Counted from the first letter of the stretch, positions 9,867-22,935 are shown. The stretch: DNA of 32,000 nt from Opitutales bacterium (GCA_049606355.1 JBMYVL010000001.1:1-32000), one strand, 5' to 3'. Made by a program: numbers and translations. Notes: generated by a model from the letters alone, not told the origin.

Positions 9867-9897
9867 AAAGTCGAGCAGTCCACAGCTCGACTTTTTT
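9867..9897 (+). terminator. Rho-independent terminator after the pilin-like gene
   Basis: AAAGTCGAGC (9867-9876), 8-nt loop, GCTCGACTTT (9885-9894), with a T6 run at 9892-9897. It lies 23 nt after the stop codon. Confidence 0.8.
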
Positions 9898-9955
9898 GCG
9901 TCCAACTGGTTTAGATTATTGAAAAGCACTCAAAACCACTAAGTACTCTAACATA

Positions 9956-11629
9956 ATGGCGGATCCAATTTACATACTGGGGCACAAGAATCCCGATGCC
10001 GATGCCATCTGCTCGGCAATCGCTTATGAGGCCTACAAGCATGCGATTGGTGAGACGCACTATCAGGCGGCGCGCTGTGGCAATTCGAATGCGCGCATTG
10101 ATGCTATTTTGGAACGCTTTCAAACTCCGTTGCCACTCTTCATCGGCGATGTCACGCCGCGAGTGGAGACCATCATGGTGCGCGAACCCCGCACGGTCAC
10201 GCGCCAAAGTACCTGTGCCGAAGCACTCGAGTTAATTGACACCTACGACGTCCGTGCGCTCCCCGTGGTCGATGACGACGGCAAGGTCGAAGGCACGATC
10301 TCGTTTTTTCAGCTCGGTGAGTTCTTCATCCCTAAACCGCGCGCGCCTCGCGAAATGCGCCGCGTAAAAACCAGCATCGATTCGATCATCAGTGCCCTGA
10401 ATGCCACGGTATTAAACAGCGAAAATGCGGACAGCATCGAAGAACTCTATGTGCGTGTCGGCGCCATGGACATCCGCTCATTTGACACCTATCATAAAGA
10501 CGAAGGGACCGCCGCGGAGAACAGTATCATTGTCGTCGGCGATCGCTGGGATATCCAGGAACGCTCGATTCAACTGGGCGTGCGCCTGCTCGTCGTAACG
10601 GGTGGCTTGTCGGTAGATAAAGATGTCGTCGCCCGCGCCAAGGAAAAGGGCATCTGCCTGATCGTGAGTCCTTACGACTCTGCCTCCACATCGTGGATTA
10701 TCCGCACGGCGACGCATATCGACGGATTGATGTCGCACCAGCATCATGCCTACTCGGCGGACGACAAAATCGAAAGTGTGAAGAAACGCATCGCCCAACT
10801 CAACGACCCGCTCTATCTCGTCGTCGATTCAAAGCAGCACTTACAAGGGGTCTTCGCGAAGAGTGACATCCTGCGCCCCAGCCAAACCCGCATCGCGCTG
10901 GTGGATCACAATGAGCTCGGGCAAGCGGTGAACGGTGCCAGCCAAGTGCAGATCACCGAGATTATTGATCACCACCGCCTGGGCAATATCCCGACCGATC
11001 AACCGATTTTATTCATCAATCGACCGGTGGGCTCAACTTGCTCGATCGTCGCCGATTTATTTCGGGCGCGCCAACTGAAGCCGAGTCCCAACATCGCCGG
11101 CATTCTCATGTCGGGGATCATTTCGGATACGCTGATGCTCAACAGTCCGACCACCACGGCGCTGGAGGGCGAACTACTGGACTGGTTGGCGCCGATTGCA
11201 GGGATTCAGCCCAATGAACTGGCAGACCTTATTTTCTCTTCGGGTTCGGTGATCATTCATCATGAGCCGGAAGCCGTCATCTGCTCGGATTGCAAAATTT
11301 ATACCGAAGAGGACATTCAGTTCTCGGTCTCGCAGATTGAGGAACTCGGCTTTAATAACTTCTGGAAATCTGCGGACGCATTAAACGCAGAACTGGAAAC
11401 CTATCGGCAAGCGCAGCGTCTGCTCTACAGCTTCCTGTTGGTAACGGACATCAACACCCAAAATTCGATCCTCATCGTCGCAGGTGACAGCGAAATCAAG
11501 AATCACATTAACTACCCACGTCGGGGGCAGAGTAATTTTTATGACCTAAAGGGGATCGTCAGCCGCAAGAAACAGTTGATCCCCTACATCACCAGCCTGC
11601 TCAAGACGACCGGGGTCTTGGCGAGTTAG
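9956..11629 (+). CDS. CBS-domain family II (DHH/DHHA2) inorganic pyrophosphatase with DRTGG insert
   Basis: 557 aa. DHH motifs LGHKNPDADAICSA, VDHNELGQ and IIDHHRLG. A CBS pair and a DRTGG-like segment (VVGDRWDIQERSIQLGVRLLVVTGG) are inserted in the DHH domain. DHHA2 region contains GIISDTLML. Confidence 0.8.
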   Translation: MADPIYILGHKNPDADAICSAIAYEAYKHAIGETHYQAARCGNSNARIDAILERFQTPLPLFIGDVTPRVETIMVREPRTVTRQSTCAEALELIDTYDVRALPVVDDDGKVEGTISFFQLGEFFIPKPRAPREMRRVKTSIDSIISALNATVLNSENADSIEELYVRVGAMDIRSFDTYHKDEGTAAENSIIVVGDRWDIQERSIQLGVRLLVVTGGLSVDKDVVARAKEKGICLIVSPYDSASTSWIIRTATHIDGLMSHQHHAYSADDKIESVKKRIAQLNDPLYLVVDSKQHLQGVFAKSDILRPSQTRIALVDHNELGQAVNGASQVQITEIIDHHRLGNIPTDQPILFINRPVGSTCSIVADLFRARQLKPSPNIAGILMSGIISDTLMLNSPTTTALEGELLDWLAPIAGIQPNELADLIFSSGSVIIHHEPEAVICSDCKIYTEEDIQFSVSQIEELGFNNFWKSADALNAELETYRQAQRLLYSFLLVTDINTQNSILIVAGDSEIKNHINYPRRGQSNFYDLKGIVSRKKQLIPYITSLLKTTGVLAS

Positions 11630-11637
11630 CAAAGCCG

Positions 11638-12411
11638 CTACAGTACCGGGTCCAGGAAATGCTTCGCCTGTGCCTTGAGGTAATCACGGTTCAGGTGCGC
11701 GATCATATCCAAGGGAATCGTTTTCGGGCAGGCCGCCTCACACTCACCGACGTTGGTACAACCACCAAAGCCTTCGCCGTCCATCGTGGAAACCATAGCC
11801 AGCGTACGCCGATGCTGTTCCGCCTTACCTTGCGGCAGACTATTCATGTGCGCAACTTTCGCCGCGGTGAATAACATCGCAGAGGCATTCGGGCAGGCTG
11901 CCACACAGGCACCGCAACCGATACAGGCAGCTGCATCCATGGCATAATCGGCGGTCTGCTTGGGGATCGGCAACGCATTGGCTTCGACTGCACTGCCGGC
12001 ACGGGCAGTGATGAAACCACCGGACTGAATAATGCGGTCCAGAGGTGAACGATCCACGACGAGGTCCTTCACCACTGGAAACGGTTTGGCACGCCATGGC
12101 TCAATCGTGATGGTTTGCCCATCCTCAAAATGACGCATGTGCAACTGGCAGGCGGTGGTCGCTTTTTCGGGGCCGTGCGGGATCCCATCGATCGTCATGG
12201 AACACATCCCGCAAATGCCTTCACGGCAATCATGGTCAAATGCGATCGGCTCCTTGCCCTCCGCCACCAATTGCTCGGAGAGTGCATCGAGCATTTCCAA
12301 GAAAGAGGAATCTTCAGAAACGTCTTGAAGTTGATAGGTCTCAAATTGACCCGCGACATCGCTGCGCTGCTGGCGCCAGACTTTAAGTGTGAGATTCAGT
12401 GTCTTTTCCAT
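11638..12411 (-). CDS. sdhB: Succinate dehydrogenase / fumarate reductase iron-sulfur subunit
   Basis: 257 aa. Three Cys clusters are present: [21 protein letters not shown] and [12 protein letters not shown]. It sits 18 nt downstream of sdhA. Confidence 0.92.
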   Translation of the reverse strand: MEKTLNLTLKVWRQQRSDVAGQFETYQLQDVSEDSSFLEMLDALSEQLVAEGKEPIAFDHDCREGICGMCSMTIDGIPHGPEKATTACQLHMRHFEDGQTITIEPWRAKPFPVVKDLVVDRSPLDRIIQSGGFITARAGSAVEANALPIPKQTADYAMDAAACIGCGACVAACPNASAMLFTAAKVAHMNSLPQGKAEQHRRTLAMVSTMDGEGFGGCTNVGECEAACPKTIPLDMIAHLNRDYLKAQAKHFLDPVL

Positions 12412-12429
12412 GGTGTACCTCAGTTTGAC

Positions 12430-14373
12430 TTATTTGTAGCTGCGGGTTGCCAAGCGTACGTTCTCGTAGACCAGCGGCTCCTTGTGTAGCATCGGCTCCG
12501 TGTCATCGCCCTTGTATTCCCATACGCCAACAAAGGAAAAGTCAGCATCATCCCGCTGGGCTTCCCCCTCTTCGGTCTGGTGCTCGACTCGAAAATGTCC
12601 GCCGCACGATTCTTCGCGCATCAGCGCATCGCGGCACATCAGCTCGCCGAAGTCGATGAAATCAGCCACACGGCCGGCGCGCTCCAACTCAGGGTTGAGG
12701 CCATCGGCGCCACCGACGACTTTGACGTTGTCCCAAAATTCTTGGCGCAGCGCCTGTACATCGCGAATGGCTTCTTCCAAACCTTCTTTGCTGCGCGCCA
12801 TACCGCACTTTTCCCAAATGATGTGCCCGAGGCGCTTGTGGAAGGAGCGCGGCGATTCGGTGCCGTTAATCGACAACAGTGTATCGATGCGCGCTTGAAC
12901 ATCCGCCTCAACCGCCGCGAATTCAGGATGCTCGGTCGTCACCTGGCCCGCGGCCGCGACGCCCTGCTCCCCGAGATAATTCCCGACGGTGTAGGGTAAC
13001 ACAAAATACCCATCGGCCAATCCCTGCATGAGTGCCGAAGCCCCCAAACGGTTGGCTCCGTGGTCCGAGAAATTGGCTTCCCCGCCGACGAACATGCCCG
13101 GTATGGTACTCTGCAAATTATAATCCACCCACAATCCGCCCATGGTGTAGTGCACCGCAGGGAAGATCATCATCGGCACTTCGTAGGGGTTATCACCGGT
13201 GATGCGATTATACATTTCAAAGAGATTGCCGTAGCGTTCTTCGATCGCTTTTTGGCCATCACGCTCAATCGCATCGCGGAAATCCAAGTAGACGCCGAGC
13301 CCAGTTGGAGCGATACCGCGACCCTCGTCGCAGGCTTCTTTAGCGGCACGTGAGGATATATCGCGCGGCGCCAAGTTACCGAAGCTTGGGTACTTGCGCT
13401 CCAAATAGTAATCACGCTCCGCTTCGGGCACATCGTTCGCACGCAGTTTGCCTTCACGAATCAATTTGGCGGTATCGGCAGATTTCGGGGCCCACACCCG
13501 GCCATCGTTACGCAACGATTCCGACATGAGCGTCAGCTTGGATTGCTGGTCTCCATGCACCGGAATACAGGTCGGGTGGATCTGCGTGTAGCAGGGGTTG
13601 GCAAAGCCGGCGCCGCGTTTGTGTGCGCGGTACGCGGCCGTCACATTACATCCCTGTGCGTTGGTGGAGAGGAAGAAGACATTTCCATAACCACCTGTGG
13701 CCAGCACCACACAATCGCCGGCATGGCGCGTAATGGCACCGGTAACCATATTGCGCGCAATAATCCCTTTCGCATGACCGTCCACTTTGACCACATCAAG
13801 CATCTCATGGCGGTTGTACATCTTCACCTTGCCCAAACCGATTTGCTTGCTGAGTGCGGCATAAGCACCCAGGAGCAGCTGCTGCCCCGTCTGGCCGCGG
13901 GCGTAAAACGTCCGCGAGACCTGCGCACCCCCGAACGAGCGGTTCGCCAAGAGGCCGCCGTATTCGCGTGCGAAGGGAACGCCGTTGGCTACGCACTGAT
14001 CGATGATATCCGCAGAAACCTCTGCAAGACGATAGACATTGGCTTCGCGAGCGCGATAATCGCCTCCCTTTACGGTGTCATAAAAAAGCCGGTACACGCT
14101 ATCGCCGTCGTTCTGATAATTTTTGGCCGCATTGATGCCGCCCTGCGCGGCAATACTGTGCGCACGACGCGGACTGTCTTGATAACAGAAGCAGGAGACG
14201 TTGTAGCCCTGCTCTGCCAGACTGGCCGCGGCCGCACCTCCTGCCAATCCGGAGCCGACCACAATGATGTGATACTTTCTGCGATTGGCCGGATTGACCA
14301 ATTTCATGTTGAACTTGTGCGAGGACCACTTTTCAGCGATCGGACCTGCGGGTATTTTAGAATCTAACTGCAT
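12430..14373 (-). CDS. sdhA: Succinate dehydrogenase / fumarate reductase flavoprotein subunit
   Basis: 647 aa. FAD-binding [13 protein letters not shown] and the covalent-FAD His region [15 protein letters not shown]. Long-form N-terminus as in type B (b558) enzymes. Confidence 0.95.
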   Translation of the reverse strand: MQLDSKIPAGPIAEKWSSHKFNMKLVNPANRRKYHIIVVGSGLAGGAAAASLAEQGYNVSCFCYQDSPRRAHSIAAQGGINAAKNYQNDGDSVYRLFYDTVKGGDYRAREANVYRLAEVSADIIDQCVANGVPFAREYGGLLANRSFGGAQVSRTFYARGQTGQQLLLGAYAALSKQIGLGKVKMYNRHEMLDVVKVDGHAKGIIARNMVTGAITRHAGDCVVLATGGYGNVFFLSTNAQGCNVTAAYRAHKRGAGFANPCYTQIHPTCIPVHGDQQSKLTLMSESLRNDGRVWAPKSADTAKLIREGKLRANDVPEAERDYYLERKYPSFGNLAPRDISSRAAKEACDEGRGIAPTGLGVYLDFRDAIERDGQKAIEERYGNLFEMYNRITGDNPYEVPMMIFPAVHYTMGGLWVDYNLQSTIPGMFVGGEANFSDHGANRLGASALMQGLADGYFVLPYTVGNYLGEQGVAAAGQVTTEHPEFAAVEADVQARIDTLLSINGTESPRSFHKRLGHIIWEKCGMARSKEGLEEAIRDVQALRQEFWDNVKVVGGADGLNPELERAGRVADFIDFGELMCRDALMREESCGGHFRVEHQTEEGEAQRDDADFSFVGVWEYKGDDTEPMLHKEPLVYENVRLATRSYK

Positions 14374-14393
14374 CGTGAGTACGGTCCTTTGAA

Positions 14394-15209
14394 TTAATTG
14401 TGCGCAGCCGCTTCACTAGCGGTCGGGCCTGCATCCAGTTGCGGCGCCTGGTAGCGCGGATCATTTTTGAGCACACCGCTGAGGGTGGCCGCAGGAATCA
14501 CTGCAAAACCTAAAAAAACCACCCAGCCATAAATCAACGCCAGCTTATCCAGACGTTGTCGCCAAAGACGGTTGCGTAAACCGACGGTCTGAAACATGCT
14601 GCTTACCCCATGCGTCAGGTGTAGACAGAGCAGCCCGGTCGCAATGATGTAGAATGCGGACACCCACCAGACTTGAAAACCGTCGACCATCATGTCGTAT
14701 ACATTGAAGGTCATCACCGTGACGCCTTCTTTGACTACCGCATGCCCCTCCTTTACCAAAGGAACTTCAGTTGCCTGCAGTACATTCGGCGCCTCGTATC
14801 GCATGCCCGGCACCGAACGCACCGTAAAGTGGGCGATGTGAAAAATGATGAAGGCTAATAAAATCACCCCACTCATACGCATGGTGCGTGACGCATAGCT
14901 CGCCTGCACTACTCGCTGCGTAGCGTAGGCTTGAGGCCGCGCGCGGCGATTTTCCAGGGTCAACGCGATCGCCATCCAGATGTGGATGGCAACACAGGCG
15001 AGTAAAAAGATGCGGATGCCCCACAGGGCCGCAGCAGGCAGCACGTGGTGGAGCTTGTAGGCATAGGCATTGATCGCATCCGGCCCCAAGAAAATCTGCA
15101 AGTTGCCCAACATGTGGCCCATGACAAAGAGCACCAGAACCAAGCCAGTCAGCGCCATTAACAACTTACGCCCAATCGTGGACTTAAAAAAGCTACACAG
15201 AGTATCCAT
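14394..15209 (-). CDS. sdhC: Succinate dehydrogenase cytochrome b subunit (b558 family)
   Basis: Polytopic membrane protein encoded 20 nt upstream of sdhA. The N-terminus [37 protein letters not shown] resembles b558-type SdhC, with conserved His residues in the helices. The track start at 15236 is GTG, so I prefer ATG 15209. Confidence 0.8.
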   Translation of the reverse strand: MDTLCSFFKSTIGRKLLMALTGLVLVLFVMGHMLGNLQIFLGPDAINAYAYKLHHVLPAAALWGIRIFLLACVAIHIWMAIALTLENRRARPQAYATQRVVQASYASRTMRMSGVILLAFIIFHIAHFTVRSVPGMRYEAPNVLQATEVPLVKEGHAVVKEGVTVMTFNVYDMMVDGFQVWWVSAFYIIATGLLCLHLTHGVSSMFQTVGLRNRLWRQRLDKLALIYGWVVFLGFAVIPAATLSGVLKNDPRYQAPQLDAGPTASEAAAHN

Positions 15210-15448
15210 TTGTATGTGGTGTTCAGCTACAAGCACTATGGATCGCCGCTAGCTTTTCAAATCAGTAGCCCTAATCGCTTGATCTATAAGCAATTAAGAT
15301 TCCTACTATAAGCTTCGCTAACTCCGCAAGCCGTCCTCACAGGGGTGCCGCGGGGCCCTTCAATCACCATCCCTAATCAAACCAGAAAACTTATAAAGTG
15401 TAGCTTATTTGGCAAGCAATGCCCCCACAAAGTACCCTCCTGCACTAA

Positions 15449-17143
<1,695 letters not shown>

Positions 17144-17335
17144 AATCGCGTATCGAGGGCCCGCGAGCGTTACTGCCGCGGAGCACGCACAAACTTAAGG
17201 GCAGCTCTGGAATCTTTGAAACTTTTTCCATCCCTTAGCGATACTCCTCGAGCAAACGAGCTATTTTAGCGCTCGCTCAGAGTGAATGTGCGGTGCCGTA
17301 TTGATTTCTTATCAGAGTGATTTATCCGTACTTCG

Positions 17336-17881
17336 ATGCAGCATTATAATTATCAACAGCAGCTAAAGGAGATCTGGACCCAAGCGGTGGCTCGCTATGA
17401 AGCCGGTTATCGACAAGCGGCAGGTTTTTTAGATGCCGCCACCGTGACGGAGCTGACACAACTCGGACTCACGATGATGGATGTGTTCGACTATGCAGAA
17501 GATTATGCCAGCGGCGGCGAGCCTGATTTTGAAACCTTCCTTCTGGTTCACGCGGTACGTCGCGACTACTTCCTACACCAACAAGGTGGGCGACATTCCG
17601 AACAGCGCCTCGATCCGACGAGCCTACCAGCCAAGAGCGACGCGGTGCGCGGGATTGCGTGGTTGCCACGTATTCTACCCAAGGCGATCGCTAAGTTGCG
17701 CGGTGAGCTTCCTCCCGAAATAATGTATGGATGCGGAGGAGATCGACGCTTTTTCAAAACCCACAACATTCATCCTGCGGAATTTCTGCGAATCACTTGG
17801 GCTTATGAAAACGAACCGGAGCGTATCATCGATTGGGTCGAAGCGCGCGGTGCGGCACCCGCAAGTAAAACCCTGCCTTGA
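17336..17881 (+). CDS. DUF5069-like protein with an N-terminal extension
   Basis: 181 aa with an ATG start. As far as I recall, the C-terminal half (VRGIAWLPRILPKAIAKLRGELPPEIMYGCGGDRRFFKTHNIHPAEFLRI) fits the DUF5069 pattern (L-P-R-x-x-D/P-K-x-x-A-x-x-x-G, then Y-x-C). The first ~95 aa are unassigned. Confidence 0.5.
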   Translation: MQHYNYQQQLKEIWTQAVARYEAGYRQAAGFLDAATVTELTQLGLTMMDVFDYAEDYASGGEPDFETFLLVHAVRRDYFLHQQGGRHSEQRLDPTSLPAKSDAVRGIAWLPRILPKAIAKLRGELPPEIMYGCGGDRRFFKTHNIHPAEFLRITWAYENEPERIIDWVEARGAAPASKTLP

Positions 17882-17907
17882 TCTTATTGCTGAAAACGTA
17901 ATTTTGT

Positions 17908-17936
17908 AGGTCTACTGAGTTCAGTAGACCTTTTTT
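17908..17936 (+). terminator. Rho-independent terminator-like hairpin between the DUF5069 gene and trpC
   Basis: Perfect 10-bp stem AGGTCTACTG (17908-17917) / CAGTAGACCT (17922-17931), loop AGTT, T6 run at 17931-17936. It ends 4 nt before the trpC ATG. Confidence 0.8.
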
Positions 17937-17940
17937 ATAC

Positions 17941-18738
17941 ATGGATAAACTCGCCGAAATCATGGCAGCCAAACGGCATGCCTATCAAAACCTAATTCGC
18001 CCCGTACGCGACGCGGAACTGGAACGTCTGGCCCAAATGCAAAAACAGGGTGGAAGTTTTCTGGAGGCATTGGCGCGTCCCGATCGCCTATCTGTAATCG
18101 CCGAGATTAAGCGAAAGTCTCCGTCTGCTGGCCAAATCACCGATCAACAACTCGATGCGGTGGAACAGGCCCGCAAGTATACCAATGCCGAAGCCGATTG
18201 TTTTTCCATCCTGACAGACACCGACTATTTCGGCGGTAGCCTGCGGGACCTGTGGGATGTCGTCGAATTCCTCGAAGCCCACCAGCGCTCGACGCCCTGT
18301 CTGCGCAAAGATTTCATGATCCACCCGATCCAAGTCGTTGAAGCGGCGGAGGCCGGCGCCCGCGCTATTTTAATTATCGTTCGCGCCCTTGACGACGATA
18401 CCATCAAAGCGTTGTACGAATCTGCGAGCTTGGCCGGGCTGGATGCACTCTTCGAAATCCACGAGGAGCGTGAACTGGAGAAAGCCCTTAAGTTTGATCC
18501 AAAAATTATCGGTGTGAACAACCGTGATCTCAAGCGGTTCCAAACCGATCTCGCTGTATCCGAATCCCTCATACCACAAATACCGGATTCGATTGTTCGG
18601 ATCAGTGAAAGTGGAATTTTTGAGCCGGAAGACGCCGAGCGGGCGCGTGCCTGCGGCGCAGATGCGATCCTCGTCGGTGAGGCGCTGATGCGCGCCGACG
18701 ATCCAGAGGAATTGGTGCAAGCCTTCCACAATGCCTAA
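17941..18738 (+). CDS. trpC: Indole-3-glycerol phosphate synthase
   Basis: 265 aa. Carries VIAEIKRKSPSAG, GVNNRDLKRF and ISESGI, typical TrpC motifs. Confidence 0.92.
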   Translation: MDKLAEIMAAKRHAYQNLIRPVRDAELERLAQMQKQGGSFLEALARPDRLSVIAEIKRKSPSAGQITDQQLDAVEQARKYTNAEADCFSILTDTDYFGGSLRDLWDVVEFLEAHQRSTPCLRKDFMIHPIQVVEAAEAGARAILIIVRALDDDTIKALYESASLAGLDALFEIHEERELEKALKFDPKIIGVNNRDLKRFQTDLAVSESLIPQIPDSIVRISESGIFEPEDAERARACGADAILVGEALMRADDPEELVQAFHNA

Positions 18739-18838
18739 AAACAGTGGACCTGTGTGACAGATCATTTGGTAGGCAGCAGGCCAGGGTATACGCTGCCCTG
18801 AGTGTGCCGCCTGCGCTTGGGCCTTCCCGTTAACTACG

Positions 18839-19678
18839 ATGCCTTTAAGTCCGACCTTAACCCGCGAGATCCTCGAGCATCTCGAGCACAGTCCTAATAA
18901 AAAACTCGGACAAAACTTTTTGATCGATGGCAACATTGTGCGCAAGTCGATCGAACTCGCGGAGCTCGACGCCGACAGCACCGTCGTCGAAGTAGGCCCG
19001 GGATTAGGCACGCTGACCCGCGCGATCTTGGCCACAGGCGCGCGATTGTGGGCCATTGAGCGCGACCCTCGACTGGCCGCTTATTTACGCGAAAAGGTCT
19101 TACCCGAGCAGCCCAAGCTCACGCTCACCGAAGGTGATTGCCTCGATGAGCCACGCGCCGGCTTGCCGCCTCGTTTAGCAAACAAGGACTATTGCATTGT
19201 CGCCAATTTGCCCTACGCAGTCGCCACACCATGGATGGATCTAATTTTAAGCGGTACACTGCCGGAGCGCATGGTGCTCATGCTGCAAAAAGAGGCGGGC
19301 GATCGCTACGCCGCGACCCATGGCAGTAAAAGCTTCGGGGCGATCTCTATTTTCCTGCAGTCGGCCTATGTCGTACACAGTGCGCATATCGTCAAAGGGC
19401 AATGCTTCCACCCCGCGCCCAAGGTTGACTCAATCCTATTGCGCTTGGATCGGCAGCAGAACTCCGTGTGTTTTTCGGCAAGTGCGCGTGCCTGTATCCG
19501 GCGGATTTTTACGCAACGCCGTAAACAACTCGGCGCTCTCTGTAAGCGCGAGTCCAACCCACAGATACAGGCGTGGTTCGATTCGCTCCTTGAGGCGGGG
19601 CTGCCAGCGACCCTGCGCCCGGAGGCACTGCCCCTCAACCACTGGCAAACACTGCCCCACTTTCTTAACGAAACGTGA
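18839..19678 (+). CDS. rsmA: 16S rRNA (adenine1518/1519-N6)-dimethyltransferase
   Basis: 279 aa. Carries KKLGQNFLID, the SAM motif VVEVGPGLGTLT, and the NLPY catalytic motif. Confidence 0.92.
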   Translation: MPLSPTLTREILEHLEHSPNKKLGQNFLIDGNIVRKSIELAELDADSTVVEVGPGLGTLTRAILATGARLWAIERDPRLAAYLREKVLPEQPKLTLTEGDCLDEPRAGLPPRLANKDYCIVANLPYAVATPWMDLILSGTLPERMVLMLQKEAGDRYAATHGSKSFGAISIFLQSAYVVHSAHIVKGQCFHPAPKVDSILLRLDRQQNSVCFSASARACIRRIFTQRRKQLGALCKRESNPQIQAWFDSLLEAGLPATLRPEALPLNHWQTLPHFLNET

Positions 19679-19695
19679 CCCCAACCCCTAGCCCC

Positions 19696-21003
19696 ATGAA
19701 TCCAATCAAATGGAAACTCCACTGGCAGATTTTACTGTCGCTGACACTTGCACTACTGGTCGCGCGCTTCGTCCTGCCACATGGCAGTGCTGAGACTCGT
19801 GTCGCCGTTGAAGGCCTGTGCCAGTTTATCGGCAAGCTGTTCATGAATGCCCTCAAGATGGTCATCGTGCCGCTGATTGTCGCATCGATCATTGCCGGCG
19901 TGATGCACCTTGGCGCCGAAAAAGGGGTCGGACGCATGAGCGTCAAAACCTTGTTGTATTATACCTGTAGCGGCGCAATCGCGGTATTCATTGGCTTGCT
20001 TGCGGTTAACTTAATCCGCCCGGGTGCAGTCGACCCTGCGGTGGCCACGGCCATTTTAGGTGAAGGCAGCCAAACCGCTCTCAGCCAAGGGCTCATGGAA
20101 AAGGTCGATGGGCGCGGCGCGAATGATTTGTATGCCATTTTCCTGCGCATGTTTCCCTCCAATATCGTCAATGCTGCGGCCAATAATGGACAGCTCCTTG
20201 GCGTCATCACCTTTTCCGTATTGTTTGGGGCTTTTATCGGCAAGTTGAGGCAGGAACTACGCATCGCCCAACAGCACTTCTGGGATGGTGCGCAGGAAGT
20301 CATGCTGCGCCTGACGGATTGCATCATTCGCTTCGCACCGCTCGGTGTCTTCGGATTGGTCACGCCCATTTTGATACACGCACCCTTCGAACAACTGATC
20401 GGTGCCTTGTTCGGATTTTTCCTAACGGTCCTCGTGGCTCTCGCGTTTCATTTCTGTATCAGCCTGGCACTAGTGCTAAAGGTAGTCGGTAAACTCAACC
20501 CGCTGACGCATTACAAAGCGATGGCGCCGGTCTTACTCACCGCGTTTTCAACTGCCAGTTCATCGGCAACTTTACCGCTCACGATGGAAACAGTCGAGGG
20601 GCGGGCCGGGGTCTCGAAAAAAGCCAGTTCCTTTACGCTGCCGCTCGGAGCGACCGTCAACATGGACGGGACAGCGCTGTACGAATGTGTCGTCGTTCTA
20701 TTCATCGCCCAGCTGTATGCCGCCACCGGTGCGGTGGCACTGGATTTAAGTCAACAACTGCTCGTCGTACTACTCGCACTAACGACCAGTATCGGCGTCG
20801 CGGGCATTCCGGCTGCTAGCCTTGTCGCGATTTCCGTCATTCTGCCTGCCGTGGGCCTGCCGGTGGAAGCCATCGGGGTCGTTTGGGTGACCGATCGTAT
20901 CCTCGACATGTGCCGCACCTCTGTAAACGTGTTCAGCGATACGGTGGGTGCCGTGGTGATCGCCCGTAGCGAAGGCGAAGCCCCTTACGCGGCTGAAGCT
21001 TGA
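19696..21003 (+). CDS. Dicarboxylate/amino acid:cation symporter (DAACS, GltP/DctA-like)
   Basis: ORF 19675..21003. Family motifs [15 protein letters not shown] and NMDGTALYE are present and the protein is polytopic. The track start 19675 is a GTG overlapping the rsmA stop (GTGA). ATG 19696 gives [14 protein letters not shown], which parallels GltP N-termini. Confidence 0.88.
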   Translation: MNPIKWKLHWQILLSLTLALLVARFVLPHGSAETRVAVEGLCQFIGKLFMNALKMVIVPLIVASIIAGVMHLGAEKGVGRMSVKTLLYYTCSGAIAVFIGLLAVNLIRPGAVDPAVATAILGEGSQTALSQGLMEKVDGRGANDLYAIFLRMFPSNIVNAAANNGQLLGVITFSVLFGAFIGKLRQELRIAQQHFWDGAQEVMLRLTDCIIRFAPLGVFGLVTPILIHAPFEQLIGALFGFFLTVLVALAFHFCISLALVLKVVGKLNPLTHYKAMAPVLLTAFSTASSSATLPLTMETVEGRAGVSKKASSFTLPLGATVNMDGTALYECVVVLFIAQLYAATGAVALDLSQQLLVVLLALTTSIGVAGIPAASLVAISVILPAVGLPVEAIGVVWVTDRILDMCRTSVNVFSDTVGAVVIARSEGEAPYAAEA

Positions 21004-21043
21004 AGCCACCCAATGCTCCCGTTTTTTGATCCAACAAAAGCCT

Positions 21044-21498
21044 ATGAACACCGCTCAACGCCTTTCCGAACTTGGCATTCATTTGCCCGCTGCGCCGGCG
21101 CCCGCCGGCAATTATCTACCTGCCTTAAAAATCGGCAACCTGCTCTATCTATCGGGTGCCATTTGTCTCGTCGATGGAACGATGACACACACCGGCAAGG
21201 TCGGCGCCGAACGCGATATCGACTACGGGCAAGCGGCCGCCCGCATCTGCGCCTTGAATCTCTTGGCAGTCGCGCAACAAACACTGGGCGACCTGGATGC
21301 CATCCAACAGGTGGTCCAACTGAATGGTTTTGTGAATGCGGTGCCGAGCTTTGCAGACAGTCCGGCAGTGATCAACGGGGCATCCGATTTGCTCGTCGAG
21401 GTTCTCGGGGAACGCGGACGCCACACCCGTGCCGCGGTAGCAGTTACCGGATTGCCCAAAGACAGCACCGTTGAAATCCAAGCGGTGTTTGCCTTGGC

Positions 21499-21502
<4 letters not shown>
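21044..21502 (+). CDS. RidA/YjgF-family protein
   Basis: ORF 21026..21502 (track start TTG; ATG at 21044). LPAAPAPAGNYLPALKIGNLLYLSGA ... RHTRAAVAVTGLPKDSTVEIQAVF fits the RidA-fold family. Confidence 0.8.
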
Positions 21503-22566
<1,064 letters not shown>

Positions 22567-22730
22567 GGTGCCAGTTGGTGCCGAAATGATCCCTTCGTCA
22601 ATGGTTACCGCATTTTGAATCCCTCGTAAAAGCGAGAACGCTGCGTGTTAACTGTTGTCGATGGCAGCTCTATCCTTATGCTTAAGAAAGAGTCACACTC
22701 GTGGCTCAAAAACCAACCCAACCAAAAATC

Positions 22731-22862
22731 ATGAAGTTCATCAAACTTGCTACCTTCCTCCTCTCTGCCGCCCTGCTCAGCGCCGCCGTAAGCGGATGCG
22801 GGCAATCGGACGAGGACACCGCAGCAACCGCAGTTGAAGACGCTGCGGATGCGATGGAATAA
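22731..22862 (+). CDS. Small acidic lipoprotein (43 aa), not in the ORF track
   Basis: Hand translation from ATG 22731: MKFIKLATFLLSAALLSAAVSGCGQSDEDTAATAVEDAADAME, stop TAA at 22860-22862. It has a lysine n-region, a hydrophobic core and the lipobox V-S-G-C. The predicted 21-aa mature peptide is very acidic. A terminator-like hairpin lies about 45 nt downstream. Confidence 0.5.
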   Translation: MKFIKLATFLLSAALLSAAVSGCGQSDEDTAATAVEDAADAME

Positions 22863-22906
22863 TTCCAGCCACAGCGGCCGCGGCAAAGCCGCATCAGCAC
22901 ACAAAA

Positions 22907-22935
22907 AAAGCGCCTCGGAGGAGACGCTTTTTTTT
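22907..22935. terminator. Terminator-like hairpin flanked by A- and T-tracts
   Basis: AAAGCGCCTC-ggag-GAGACGCTTT with one internal C/A mismatch. It is preceded by an A7 tract and followed by a T8 tract (22928-22935). The symmetric A/T flanks could let it work in both directions. Confidence 0.55.

Noticed and set aside
9956-11629. CBS/DRTGG pyrophosphatase as a possible novel signalling enzyme next to the sdh operon.
   Set aside because: The domain order matches the known nucleotide-regulated CBS-PPase subfamily. It is convergent with sdhB, so it is not part of that operon.
14394-15236. sdhC is longer (about 271 aa) than the b558 subunits I remember, with an extra loop ([31 protein letters not shown]) and a C-terminal tail.
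   Set aside because: Bacteroidetes-type b558 subunits also carry an extended loop at this position as far as I recall. Without an alignment this is not demonstrably unusual.
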